From Lingula anatina (lineage: Eukaryota; Animalia; Brachiopoda): a DNA stretch of 64,000 nt. Location of the stretch: NCBI GenBank assembly GCA_051362555.1, contig CM120641.1:41298401-41362400 (forward strand), given 5' to 3'. The position numbers and the translations under genes were made by a program. The notes below the pieces were generated by a model. It was given only the letters and a program-made list of their open reading frames with translations. It did no database searches and was not told the DNA's origin. This document shows, in pieces, positions 50,301-64,000 of the stretch; the stretch's first letter is position 1, and every line of letters begins with the position of its first letter.

Positions 50301-52810
50301 ACAGTAAGACCTGAAATTGTTATATTAGGGAGAGATACTCACTTGTAATAATAATAAAGAAAATGAAAATTGCCAGGAATGAAAATGATTCGTCTAAACA
50401 AAAGTTATTTAATTCATTCTCTATTAGTGACAAGTATGAACCAACTTAGAATAGGCAAATTTGAACATAACAAAATTTCAATATTTATATAAATAAATAA
50501 ATATGCATTTATTCTCGTATACTTTCACATAACGAAAGATGTTTCATCACACAGCAGATATGAAATGAGTTAGCGTGATTTCGTACCTTTAACGGTTGAG
50601 TAAAGAATACAGATTCTACTATCCCAGTCAGGAAAGACACTAGCCACTCCATAGCAAGCTTTTCCCCGAAGACAGCGGCAACCTCGACACAGTAATAAAA
50701 CCCGCCCACGATGGTAACAAAGGCAAGGAAATAACCAACGAAAATGAACCACCAGGGCAGGCGCCATTTTTTCTTATTTTTCATTTCTTTCTTCCGGCAG
50801 GTTTGGGGGCGTGCGTTTAGTTGTCCCGAGGTGGGTGTAACATAAGCGGGCAAACACTGACCGGTGTATCCTGTCGCTGCTGTTGACGGCCTTACTGTGC
50901 CTTGTTTTGATGCTGGTCGAGGAGTCATTAATCGAAGGGTGCGCTTGTTTTCGTCACCAGTGTCTAAAAATTCGCGCTGTTGTTCTAACTCTTTTGACAG
51001 CCGTTCTTCGCTTGTTATACTTATCTCTGGGAGCGAAGCCTGATCAGTGGCGTCACCTCGCATCTTCTTCTTTGAGGGCTTTTCGTGACGGTACCGAAAA
51101 CATGCCACCACGATCAAATTAATCGGAAACGCAATTAGACTGGTAATGACGCCAATGTAAATGGCATGGAGTGAGAACTTGATGGGTCCGATAGTCAACA
51201 TTGTTGGAGAATCCACACTGGATTCTGCACCATAGTACATGATGTTTGTAGCCATCGTGGAAAATAAAAGGGAGATACAACACGTCAGGCGTTGCACTCT
51301 GGTGAATTTGCTTCTCGGCGGTCTCTTTAATACAGAAAACCAGATGTGGCCATCGGATAGGTTGCGTTTTGTCTTTGACCAGAAAAGATAATCGAAGTTT
51401 GTCATTTCGTTCTTTCCTGCCACGGGAATGACGCGATCAATCTGAAATAGACGCAGGTCAATTTTGTTGACTTTCTTTTGCAAAATTGAAAAATGGCGTG
51501 GGGACAAAGCTTCAAAAGTCATAAAAACTATGTGTTTTTGCTTAATTACTAACTATGCCTTTTTCTACCTCGTCTGTGACACAATGCAGCAATTGCCAAA
51601 TCTAACACTAAGTAAATAAAAACACAGGGGAAATAGATATAGAGATTATGAGAATAGCATTTGATTTTGCTAATTAAGAATTAAAGATCATTGTCAGTTA
51701 CCTGTCCGTCGTCTTCTTCTACCGCCAGCCAACGATTACACATGAAGTAATACTTCTCCCCGGTCAGCAGATCCTCAACCAGCATGCGGCTGAAGTACCA
51801 AGATGGGTTGGACCCGGAGTTGTCGTGCCAGATACTGGAATTGGACGATGCAAGTTTAATTAAAGTGCCAGATACTGGAATTGGACGATGCAAGTTTAGT
51901 TAAAGTGCCAGATACTGCGAATGATTTGATATAAATTAAGCTGAAGTACCAGACACTGGGAATGATGGATATAGTATGCCTCATATACTGACTTCATTGG
52001 TCGACAGAAGTTTGTTTGTAAGAAATGTCCGGGGAGCAAATGGCCGAAAGCACGTTTTCTTTACAATTATGTGAAGGAGCCACTGACAACTTCCTCCATT
52101 AATAGTTCAATTCTGTTGTTTCAAGTTTCTAGTAGGCATCTACATTCATTGGAAACCACAAAAGCATGCTGATCATAAAAGTGAGTCTCCAGTATAATCT
52201 ATAAAATATTTTAAAAAATTAACATCATATTTGTAAGCACGACATGTCGAAAATGACTGCAAAATGCAATGTCACAAATAGACACTGTGAAGGTTAACTT
52301 CACAAAGATGAACAATGGGTACAAATCAATTCTGTAGAGCAATTACCTACCGCAAATGAGAAAGTTTTCCGAGGGACTGGGTGGTTGTTAAGAGGAAAGA
52401 ATCTATCCCCCCTCTTTGGCATATGGGCCGCTTATCATCTGCCAAAACGCGTGGCTCTGTCTCATCCTTGTCACCACTCAGGATGATTGACACGTGGGCA
52501 GTAGTCCCTATAAGAATTTACGTCACTCCTGATATCACGACTGTCTTATGACGTCAGAAGTGAATTATGACATCACGGAATCAGATCAGTATCTATTCGT
52601 TCACAGAATTTTTATATCTATAAACTTTGAGATTACAGAGATAAAAAAATATGTGACAAGTTTCCACTGTACTAGCAACAATATGTTGTTGCAACAAATT
52701 ATGACAACTACGCTGCACTTGCGCCTCAGTGTTTATTCATGGGAAACCACTAGAGATCGACTTTGTGATGAGGTGTAGAGAGGGTATATGTCCTCTTTTA
52801 ACTTCAAGTA

Positions 52811-52842
<32 letters not shown>

Positions 52843-55047
52843 CGCGAAATTAACCATATCTATCAATAACTACTTAAAATAAGGGATTTTTTTTCATAAA
52901 AATGTGTGGCCTTTTGCGTACACACTAAATAAGCAATGAGGTGATTGAGAGATATACAAATGTTATCAACTCTGGAAGTTTACCTGCATCTTTCCTTGAA
53001 CCCGTCCAAACCATAATCTCGTAGCCTTGTTTATCTCTGGCGTCGTTGTCTGGCAATGGAGTCACTCCAACCTGAATCAAAATTTGTTTCACAAATAAAA
53101 CCGATTTGTACGTGCATGTCGAAATGGCGTTTTAATCAGGGACAAAAATTACCAAAAGTAGCCTTTCTGCGCTCAACTCTTTCTTGCACAATAGCCACCA
53201 TAAACACTATTTCGGCCTCCATATTAAATTGTATGTTTTATCCAAATTTTGGGGTTTTTTGCAACCCCCCAAAAATCCTTTATACGCAAAAGATTACCAT
53301 AATACTTTGGACACGCTAAAATCCAGTATTCTTATCAATCATTTCAGATCAACATCTTTATGCCCAATGTGTTAGAATAAATTTCGTCATAAATCTAACT
53401 TGGATTTAACATAATAAAAGCAGCCTTAATAGGTCATACATCAATTAACCTTTATATTGTGTTTGTCAAGTTATTTCTAATACGTCACGAGATAAAGGAC
53501 TAATAAAAGAATGCCACATACCTCAGAAACAAGATGTCAGTACAGGCTTTTTAAAAGGAAAGATGATATTCAAGGACAACTAAAACGCCCACGTTCCTAT
53601 AACACACTCTGGTTTAATCTTTAATTCAAATGTCAAATCAGTGAGAGATGTAATCGTTCAAAGCCTTACCTTTTCTATATCTTTTGTGTCCGCTTTTCTC
53701 GCCCATATAAGCAGAACAAAGTAAAGGCACAGGACAACCACCCCGAACGAGAAAACTATAGGGTTTTCATCCAGCTTTAGGAAACCAGAATCCGCTGGCC
53801 TGATAGTGTTCATAGGGACATAGAAGCTTGAACCAAATGAAGTCAAGTGGTCACAAAAACATTGTGCGGCGTCTAAAGTTGTTTTTGGTCCGACCTAAAA
53901 AACAAAGAATAAGTAAAACTAGACAGTAAAACTGGCAAATATACAGACACCGAGCAGAAAAAAGCAACAATATTAAAATAAATATTTAACACTAAAAAGA
54001 ATAACTTTTGCAAAGATAAATAGATTAATTCACATTTAAAATCACTCAGTAAATTTGAGGTAAAATAAAATAACATTTGGCACTCATGGGCGAACAAAAA
54101 ACATGTAAAAAAACAATATCTTTAAATATCGTTTTATAACCTTGTAAAACAACCTCTTTTAGCCAAACAATGCAACTCAGTATATCTGTAGTAGGCAAAT
54201 ATACGATTAGGCAGTTACGATGACTGATGTTTCGGACGGCGACAACGACACCAACGCAACGGATATTATAATGTCTAAACATCTTGCGCCGTGATTACTG
54301 ATTTAAGTGTACCCAATGCACCCCTAATGGATATAATTCAGGACCTACCGTGCACCCTTCATCTGAGTAATCATCTCTCTCTGTGTCCATATACAGGCAA
54401 GCCATGGAGTACAAGCTCATAGTATAACCTGCAGAGACCGTGGAGTTATCCTTCAGTAATGCGGTCGCGTTCCTGTCACGGTAGGCTGAAATAAACAAAC
54501 ATTTCGACCATGAAGTTATTGTCAAATCCGTTAAATATGTAGTTATTTTGTTCCTAGCTTGTCCAGTTAGAATTATATCAGACGAAATTAAACTTTATAA
54601 ACACTGGATGAAAGTTGGAGAACGGTAAAAGTGAGTATGACACGGTTAATACAGCCAACTTTTCATATATTTACCTTCTCTGGTGCTGTTGTCCAATACA
54701 ACCGCTCTCACGGACAAACTGAACCGTTTTTCAGTAGACCTGAAAATAAACGTAATAACACACGCTTAACTAATACAGTCATCTTGTGGTACCCTTAGTT
54801 TCATAGGTCACAGGAAACTTATCTCTATCATTATCAAGTAATGAATTTGCTGATAAAAGTGGTGAGTTTGGTGTCAAATGTGTATAGTTTTTTCTGTATA
54901 GTTATGCATTTTTTCACATATTATCGTTGGATTGGGAATACTCTTTTGACAAACGGCATATTCCAGTCATTTTCCCATTGACGTAAAATTGCTTTTTCGG
55001 TATTACGCTAAAAGCAAAGTGCATTGCGTTAGACCATTTCAAAAAAA

Positions 55048-55086
<39 letters not shown>

Positions 55087-58000
55087 ATGATAAATTAAAA
55101 TATTTAAAGATAGAAACTTACGTATTGAGTGCCTTGTGGTCAAAGTAACACCTGTTTGGAAAAGAATCCGTCTCCGGGTTCGGGAGTACACACGTGTAGT
55201 CGTAACTGTCTTCTGAAGCTTTCCTATTGCCTTCCTTGACAAACACAATAAACACCAACTCAGGACAGTCATCGGTGCCATTCGCAGCACCAGTCATATT
55301 CCCACTTGCCTCCCCAACCGTTGTAGAATTCCGTGTCTCTGAGGTAGAGTTCCCAGTTTCATTTCTGGTGACGTTAACGAAGCAATTCACGGTAATGAAC
55401 AGCGCTCCTGACATAGGGACCAGGGTGGTATGAACCAAGGGAGGGGTACCAACAGGCTGCGTCTTTTGAGGTTCTGGCGCTGGGATTTGCGACCCAGACA
55501 TTGGCACATACATTTTAATCGGGTTTGGTAAACCACCGACTTTGATAGCTCCCCCAGTTTCGTTCTTCAGTTTTAAAGTAATAACCATGCTGTTTACCCC
55601 TATGACAGTCCATGTGTAGGGGTTGGAAGCTTCTACGGATGCCTATAACGAACAATTTTTAAATAATAATAATAATATAAAAATAGAATTTAAGTTGAAC
55701 CAAAATTTTCTGTCCAAAAATAAAATGGCAATATTATATCCAGTATGCTGTCCATATCCCTTCGCGTCAGCAAATTACCACAGACACTGTTTGGCTGTAC
55801 TTGAATATTATCATTAGGGGTTTCCTAAAATATGAGCACATTTAAATTTTGCATTTTTTGGTAAGTAAACCGGTACTGACTTATTAACAAATAACAGGAA
55901 GTGTTATCGAGAAGTCCACTTAATTTTGGGTTTTTAGATTTCATTTTTAAGGTAGCTTACCTGCGCAGACACGAAATAAGTTCTCTCGGTTCCGTTTGTG
56001 TCATCGTTGAATATGTCGTCTGGCGAAGGCAGTTGAAACTCGCCGCCGTCACCACCATCAGTTTTCAGGGGAGCTTAAATATACGGTAGTGATTAAATTG
56101 AAACTTGTCCATGCTTATCGATCTTTTTTTTAATTTTGCAATTTAACGAGTTCTTACAAAACAGCGGTTCCCTTGCACAGATGATTGAAAATGCATACTG
56201 TATACCCTGTAAACTCATTTTGTAAATAAAAGTCCCATTCTGTGATTCTTTGGATTCCTTAACAGACGCTTTTTGGGTGGATACCTTAATAGGCGGGGAT
56301 GTGAGCTTATCTCATATTTTGTGGCCATTGTTCTTGCCAACTTTTTGCTCTATAGTATGGGGGAAGTATGTGTGATCATTTAATTTGATGTTGTTACTAT
56401 CCCCCATTTTGTAACTTAGTATCATATTATATTTCTTCATTTTAATAAATGACAATATCAGCTATATGGACTTTTTTGCTTATTTAATTTCGAGCAAAAA
56501 CTGAGCTTCGTTGTGCTTGTGAACATTTGGCTACAAAAATGTAATTTTCAAATTCAGTTTATTTTTTGTCCCCAGTGCACCTATCAGCGCAATCCTTATC
56601 CCTGAAAATAAAAACTTGCGTGGATGGCTTAAGGCCATTTTTAACGTCGGATATAAATAAGTCATATAAGGCAAGGCAGTGAGCAAATATATTGTTTAAG
56701 ACTTACCTTTGGTGATTTCCGAGGTGAAGATTTTGGACAGGGACATATTAACGAAGGGAGCGTTAAAACTGACTGGCGCCTGACCAGTAATCACTTTCTG
56801 ATCTATAGCTTTGAACATCTTCTCCTTGATTAACTCAATATTACCAAGTAGGCTTTTTTGCTAGAGACAGAAAAGAAACTTGTATAAAATAATAATAATA
56901 ATATGTAGAAATCAGTTTCTGCAATCAAACTTTAATTTGACATCAATTTTCAGAATGTTGAGGAAAAACTCGAACCTCTTTACATATTTACGTAAAGGCA
57001 CTGTCAGACCTAGCGTTTAGCATTAACGTCAGCCTAAGATCTGGTATATTAAATCTTAGCGTCAATGTACGAGAAAAATTACCCATTCGCAGACAAACGC
57101 AAGGGGTTCGTTACGCTTACGTCGCGCAAGGCTACATCTCGAGTACACAAATGTTGTTGAACGTTCGCATACCCGGAGGGAGATAAAATGTATTAGGCAG
57201 GTTCAAAAACAGTTTTAAATGCTGCCTGTAACTTCATTTTACGTTTAATACGCTGGAAACGGGGCGATTTCATGCGCTCAAAGATGATCGAATAATAGGT
57301 ACCAGATACGATACTCACACATATCTCTACGCTAGGTGTGCACGCTATAGCCTATACACTAAATTGTTGTTTTATACTGTTTCAGTGACATAAACCTTTA
57401 TAACCTGCATGGGGTATAAATGTTATTTCTTTTCATCATATAGGTTTGCTTATTAACTACCTGTTCGGAAGAGGCACCCGAATCGGTTGAAGTATTGCTT
57501 GTGGTTGATGAAGCCTGTAGAACGTTGCCTTGATAGGAAATATAAGAAATATTGTAATGAGCCAACAGTAAGCAGGCTTTTAGTAAATCGATTCTTTGAT
57601 TTTTGTTTAGTAAAATATTAATCTTTTTTCAAAATGAAACTGTATGTGGTGTTTTTTTTTCATAATCTTACTGATTGAAAAATTTTCTGATCCTTTATAC
57701 ACGAACCTTAATACTGTCATAACATGTTGGAGCCACATATTTAAATTAAATATATGTCAAAACACTATATATCATTTTTTTAAAGTGCTTCGCACTGTCC
57801 ATAGTGCGATAAAGATAACCTGTTTTACTTACTGATGATGTTAAGGACATTTCCACCGGCTTTTTCCAATTCGTCTAAATCGTTGTTGTCGTCGCCAGCA
57901 ACATTAAACAGCGATTGAGCAAGTGTGATTCCCGCCTTGGCAGCATTAGCCTTGAAGTAAAGGTAAGAAATATCAATATCAACAACAACAACAACAATAA

Positions 58001-61000
58001 TAATAATAATAATAATAATAATGATAATAATAATAATAAAAGAACTGTAGTGACTTTTTTTTTCAAAAGGGACGTTTAAATGTTGAAATTTAAAAGTACA
58101 AGCAAGTACATTTCGAAAACATGCAGGCTAAATACTCCGTCTCTTGCAGCATAAGATAAAGAGTATACTACGTAGCCTGACACAAACGCTATCAAAATAC
58201 ATAACTTAATTCTAACATTTAGTTAATCTGAGGTGTTACTCCGATTTCATTGAGACCTTAAAATGCTTTCTTTTTTAAATCGCTTTTGTACCTGTGCTTC
58301 TGGGATCAGTTCATTGGGATTTGCCGTCAGCTGAACGGTCACCGCTGCCATTTGCTTGGTGGCTGCAAGATCTTTCGGTTCAGGCAAATCGGCCATTGTT
58401 TTCATCAATTTGGCACGTAGCTGGTGGAAATCATTTGGGAATTTTTGATAAATAACAAGACGTAAAACATATTTACTGAAGTTGTACACGATGTTTCATA
58501 TTCTCAATAAGGAAGGCTGGAAAGATTGTTATGTTGACTCCCGAACTTAAAGAATAACTATTCTTATCCAAAATGGTGTTACTTTGACGACAAGGGACGC
58601 AATACGTTAGACTCTTCTCTTTAAAACATACAGATTTTGTTTACACATGAAAAATGCATATCATAAAACCACTGGGTAAGTGATCTATATACGGTTTTAA
58701 GGTCATCTAGACACACAACAGAGAAAATTCCAACCTTTGTTAGAATACGTCTGAGCAGATAGATCTACGAACCAAATGGAAAGAATTACCTCTCGTCGCG
58801 CCCGTAACGCCGCCGCCTCCTCTTCTCGTCTCTTTTGTTCCTCCTCGGGGGAAAGTGTTACACCAGTATTACCTGAGGCACCTGAAAGGGGTCACAAACA
58901 TAAAAAAGTAATGTGCAAAAAGGTGATTAAACTATATTTTTATTACCCTTAACCTGCAATGCTACAATTATTTTATTATTATTATCATTATTAAACTTGT
59001 TTTAATGGGTCAATGTTTTTTTAATTAATTGATCACCACCATAATGTAGTCGATGCCCAGTAATTCCATCATAAACCTGTCCGTCCATAATCTTATGAGT
59101 TAACAATTTAAAAACTAAGAAACCAACAAAAGCAAAAACATAACCTCATTGGTAAAGGTAAAAATCAGTATGCAGCCATCCAAAATGGTTTAAAAACATT
59201 TTCTCAAGATTACAAGGCAATGTGTTTAATATCAGATACATGATTATAATTAAACAACAACTAAACACATGCAATGATTAACATACCAGTGCCAGTATCA
59301 GCACTAGCGTCCGCCGACGACGTTGGCCCAATGTTAAGAGTTAATGCAAAAGTGCTAACAACGGATGCGGTCTGCGCAGGATCACCGGATTTGATAGAAT
59401 CCGCAATAAGATTGTCTGCCATGTTGGACATGTCAGCCATGTTCATCTGCGGCTGTTCAACCTAAATTTTAAAAAGTCGACAAATTCATTAACTTGGTAT
59501 GCGTATCATGCAATAAGAAGTTTTTTACGCCGAGCAAATGTTTCATTGTCTGCATTTAAAATAAAAAAAATAGGTAGATAGATCACCAAATTACTATGTT
59601 ATAAGTTTAATTTTATCACAAGGTTGATAGATAAGCAAAAGCGATTAAATGATATGTCAATAATCTTTCAAACCTTCACTGAAACTTTGAACTCCTGACT
59701 GGTAGATTTTATGCTGTCCGTTGCTTTGACAATAAGGTCCCTATTATAGTCATTACTTGGCGAGCCAGCTGATAATCTAAAGCCGTCAAATTCTGGGGTC
59801 TGTGAATCTTAAATAAATCAATAAACAGCTTAATCATTAAGATTTTTAAATATATGGTACAAGGTTAAGTTAAAAAGCCAGTCAAAGATTAGCCCGTATT
59901 GCAGTTTGATATTAACCGCTGAGTAGGCTTGTGACAGAAGAACTCAAATATGGTAAAGTACAATCAATTTCAAGTATACTATAACTTGTGCAAATAGAAA
60001 GTACGCCACACATATAAAGTGTGCCTTATATGTAAGGAATTGCCGGAGAACGTCCCTTTTGTAAAAAAGAAAAATGCTCACCAACAGCCACTCCCTCCAA
60101 TTCGTACAACATGGGCAAATCATTGTCCTGAAAGCCCTTACAGTGGAGAGAAAAACTGGTATTCAACGCCATACCACTGCGCGGAGTCAGGATACAATTG
60201 ACGTTATCTATTAGGGGCGGGGTGTTGACCTCGAAACAAAAGAAGTATTCCCCGTAGTTGTCCGGTCCGCTGGTACGTCTGTATGCTCTCACCACAAGGC
60301 AGTACCGTTTTCCAAAATGCTCTGCACCAAAGAGATTTGGTTCCAAGGCCATGTTCTCGCTGCTGGTGCCAGTTGAGGCAAATTTCTCCCAATTTTCTGA
60401 ATTCCAGTAAGTTTCATCAACTTCGTTCATTATTCTCCAGCTAAAAAAAGGGGCGGGGGGGGGGTTGTTATCAGTGTTAAATAATTTGGGGGTACGATAA
60501 AATGTGAAAACGGCTTAGATGAATAAATTAGGTGCCCCATCCATTTACCAGTACAATTACCCTAAAACTGTGTCAGAACATTTAGCTGATTACACTAAAT
60601 ACAAGCGAGATACCCTCCCAGAGTTAGATCGATCCAGCTAGTACTATAGGTTTATCTGAACGCTCTCTAATTTTAAGTTTGTGAGTCAAAAGCTACTACG
60701 TAAGAAAAGGCTGCATGCAGTATTCATCACTTAAAAAGGACATTATGCACATGCTAACATATTCGAAGATTGACACTTTGCGATAAACAAAAAGTTTAAC
60801 TTAGTAAAACATCCTCTTTAATCACATTAGGAAACAATTAACCAGTCTCGATGGCTTACTTGTAGACGTATTCTATTCCTCTCTTCCAGCCAATGATATT
60901 ACTCTTAAGAAGCAGTTTGTTGGCTGGGTTCAACTTCGAGCGACAATTACTGACGCAACTTGAAATAAAATAAATAAATGAAGGAATAACAGATAGACAG

Positions 61001-61718
61001 ATGCTATATACTGGGTTAGTTGTAAACATATAAGTAACGTTGTGGTATGAATTATACATTGCTTAATTTTTTTATATTTTATATTTTTGTTGTTCGTGCA
61101 AATTGAATCCTTAAACTAACACAAATTAAAATCAAAACAATACGTATAAATGCAATATGTAGCAATTTAAAAAAATCTTAACAGCACAAAGCTCTGGATA
61201 AAAATGTTTTGAGATTTTTTAAATCCCAGTATTATGTAAAATTCAATTTCAACATGATCAATTTTAACATAATTAAAAGATAAAAGCGTATTCATATATT
61301 TTATATCAAGTCCCAGTATTACACTGTTAAGTATATAACAGCATTTCAACGTACGTTGACTGCAGTTGTGGCGGCTCCCCGTTCACTATCTCAACCTTTT
61401 GGGTAAAGTTCATCATCCTTTCCATGGAAGTGCTACTACCAGTCTTCCTCACGGATAGCATGATGTCGTGAGTGCGGTTCTCGAACAAATAATTCGTGTC
61501 CACCCAAAGGGTGCAGTTTGGTAGGTATTGGTGGGTGAACGGATAGTCAGCTTCCTCTTCCGGACTAGGGGGCAGTGCGGGTGTCTCCGGCAATAGTCCT
61601 GCATTGGTATAATAGCATGTTTAAAGCAGGATCCAAAGCAACTTTACCATAGTAGATATGTGCACAAATATCTATCTTCATTAGATCAGATGTGTCTAGA
61701 TATCTCTGTAAACACACA

Positions 61719-61774
<56 letters not shown>

Positions 61775-64000
61775 AGATACCAGAAGTAACAACCAACCCG
61801 AGAGAGAGAGTTTAGATACCAGAAGTAACAACCAACCCGAGAGAGAGAGAGAGAGTTTAGATACCAATAGTAACAACCTACCTGGGGTTTTGAGCTGTCC
61901 CGTCTGGAAGCACCCTCCAGAGGTGCCCGGGACGCCGGCGGTCGGCTGACTCTCCCACGGCCAAGCTTCTGTTGATCTTTTGCAATACCACTGACACGAC
62001 ATACCCGACTTGTCAGTCAGATCCACCAGGTCCGGATCATAGGATTTAGCAAACCCATTAAAGGTAATGTTAACGCCATAACCACGCCTCTGCCTCGAGC
62101 CCCCGAAAAGACTTACATGGAGGGGGGTTTGCACGATCTCTATCTCTACGGAATCCGAGTTCTCTATCCCGATTTCGCTGTCCATAGACACCTGGATGCT
62201 GAAACGGTACCGTCCATATGCCAATCGTTTTACCTGTAACGCGTCTATGTATAAGGTACGGAGTTGAGTGGAGTTAACTGCGACACCCAGACTTTCGATG
62301 GTGTTAGTGACATCTTCCCATGCAGAGTGATGAGTACTGAAATATTCAACCTTCCATTTAAAATGTGCAATATCAGTATTGGAACAGTTCAGGGTGACGT
62401 CCGAATACACCCTTAAGGTTTCCGAACGCTTGTGTCTCTTAACGGAGGTATGGTTATTCACACAATCTAGGCCAACAGTACAACTGTTCAGACGAGTCAA
62501 GTTCACTTTAGGGTCGTAGCACGGACCTCGTGTGACTTTGTATGTCATCTCACCTGAATACCTCGACACACGATTAACAATGCTAAGATGTGCATTATGC
62601 GCTCCAAGGACCTGAAACACGACTGCAAACGACAACCTCCCCGTCAATTCTAATTCTGTGCTCGTCTTAGCTGTCCAGTGTTCCATATTATCAGGGAAGG
62701 ACAGTTGGCATTGCGCCTCGTGGCCGATGAGAATGGCAGGTGGGGTTGCCCTGGGGTCTGGATATGTTACCTGGTAGCATGCGTCTGTCCCTACACTCCC
62801 CATGTCGATGAAGAAAGGATGAGATACATTAATGGCACGGGCATTATCATCGTAAAATATAATGCCCCCAATGCTTCTCTGCATAACAACATAAGAAGAG
62901 ATTATTTCGTTTCCAAACGGATTCGAAGCATTTAAGGTAACGGTGAAGTTGCCCGGGCTTTGGAATAAATGTTCAGTCGTCGACACTGATGAAGTGACCA
63001 AAGGGGTGTTGTCACCGAAGTTCCAAATGTACGTGACACCTGTCCCCGTCGTGTGGTTGACCACGAAAAGCACTTTCTTCTCCAGTGGGAAGTATCGCTG
63101 CTGGCTGCCGAATCCCGTCTGCTTATCTGTTTTATTCATGAAGAATACTGACTTTTCCAGTCCGGTGATTTCCTCGTAGATAACATGGACAAAGGAGTAC
63201 AGCTCTTTGGATACAAGGTTCGACACAACAACGGTAACGTTGTATGTGCCTGGGGTGGTGTAGGTGTGTGGGCCAAAACGAATACACTCTTTGACTGAGT
63301 CAGAGAGACTATGCTCTGAACAGGTCAGCAAAGTGCTCTCTGAAACGGTTCCGTCATCATAATCAATTACATACGATGCATTTGTCGGCAGCGTGGTTCC
63401 TGGTGGATAAGTCAAACTGAACGTTTTCTCGATTATTCTAGGATTTGCCTCCAGTGGAAGCAGCCCCATGCTTTTTCCACTTAATGAAAAGTCTTGCACC
63501 CCATGCTGCACGATAATCGTTCGGCCCGGAACGAGGGACGCTGTTGCAGAATCTATTGAATTTTCGCCCGTAACTGACGGACGAAACACACCGGGCTTTG
63601 AATACTGATGAGAGATTGTATTCTCTTCGTTTCTTGTTACATACGTGTTGCCGTTTGATGTTCCGTCACCGAAATCAAAGTTACAGTTCATCCTCGTTCC
63701 CCAGGTCTTTGTCACGATAAAAGTAGTGTTTTCGCCAACTGTGAGAAGCAAATTACTTGGTGTCAGTGCCAAGCCCTCAATTACTTCATCAACGACAACT
63801 ATCTTGGAAAATGACATTTTACCTACGTCGTTGGCAATGATGATGTTTGCGGAAAAAGTGCCAAAGCCGGTGTAGCTATGGGAAACATCAAACGTCGTTG
63901 AGCTGTCTATTTTTGTCACAAATGTACCATTATCTGACATAACTGTCAGCTCTTGAATTTCGGTCGAGTTGTCACCATAGTCAAAGCTGATGCTGGCGTT
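43525..64000 (-). CDS. Polycystin-1 family (PKD1-like/REJ) receptor-channel, 3' part; the gene starts beyond the right edge
   Basis: About 30 exons read by eye: >64000-61882, 61598-61355, 60958-60860, 60440-60082, 59807-59674, 59461-59287, 58881-58790, 58420-58292, 57950-57833, 57528-57461, 56860-56707, 56073-55961, 55642-55122, 54739-54675, 54485-54349, 53894-53670, 53071-52984, 52507-52351, 51834-51702, 51441-50587, 50310-50102, 49693-49495, 49002-48825, 47724-47605, 47265-46987, 46276-46113, 45884-45726, 45356-45101, 44211-43939, 43730-43525. Domains: PKD repeats (WNFGD, FDFGDG), REJ (SYDPD), GPS (CFCDHLTSF), PLAT (IWHDNSG...CNRWLAVEEDDG), SKFTRVQRLTCC, TOP (RLRQLRVK, YGGGGY, WLDIYTR) and the polycystin channel (KFLKILRFNK, FGPIFF). 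Confidence 0.92.
51825..51917. repeat. 40-bp tandem repeat (2.3 copies) spanning a splice acceptor of the PKD1-like gene
   Basis: GTGCCAGATACTGGAATTGGACGATGCAAGTTTA(A/G)TTAAA at 51825 and 51865, with a partial copy at 51905. Confidence 0.9.
56996..57354. mobile_element. Possible degenerate MITE in a PKD1-like intron
   Basis: CAGACCTAGCGT (~57005) is inverted relative to ACGCTAGGTGTG (~57329), and the interior is CpG-richer. Confidence 0.3.
61712..61881. repeat. Compound (CA)n/(GA)n plus a 3-copy minisatellite at an intron donor
   Basis: GAGAGAGTTTAGATACCA(G/A)(A/T)AGTAACAACC repeated three times next to the donor at 61881. Confidence 0.85.

Noticed and set aside
61565-61881. C-terminal part of the 791-aa ORF (LLLLVSKLSLS... 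CVCVC)
   Set aside because: This is read-through into an intron made of micro- and minisatellites. A GT donor at 61881 splices in frame to the exon starting at 61598.

Overview
AT-rich, intron-rich animal genomic DNA. It is probably a lophotrochozoan invertebrate, and its repeat types resemble mollusc ones; it is not prokaryotic. Left to right: (1) the first two coding exons of a USP7-like gene (- strand, running off the left edge), head-to-head with a complete 4-exon HAPSTR1/C16orf72 gene (+); (2) a 2-exon USH1G/SANS-like ankyrin-SAM-PDZ-ligand gene (-), head-to-head with (3) a GH29 alpha-L-fucosidase (+). The fucosidase carries two tandem, intact but divergent versions of its first coding exon that share seven downstream exons. 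(4) Three tandem copies of a 3-exon gene encode an unrecognised 129-aa protein without a signal peptide; an IRF/ISRE-like motif lies upstream of two copies. (5) The 3' ~20 kb (about 30 exons) of a PKD1/REJ-type polycystin gene (-). Mobile DNA includes a 3.3-kb TA-flanked TIR element, a Dong/R4-like RLE retrotransposon fragment in a (TAA)n tract, a Kolobok-like element with a nested Harbinger-type MITE, a pearl/DINE-1-like element carrying a ~163-bp tandem array, and palindromic MITEs. All exon boundaries were read by eye from GT/AG sites and frame continuity. Family names come from recalled motifs, not from database searches.
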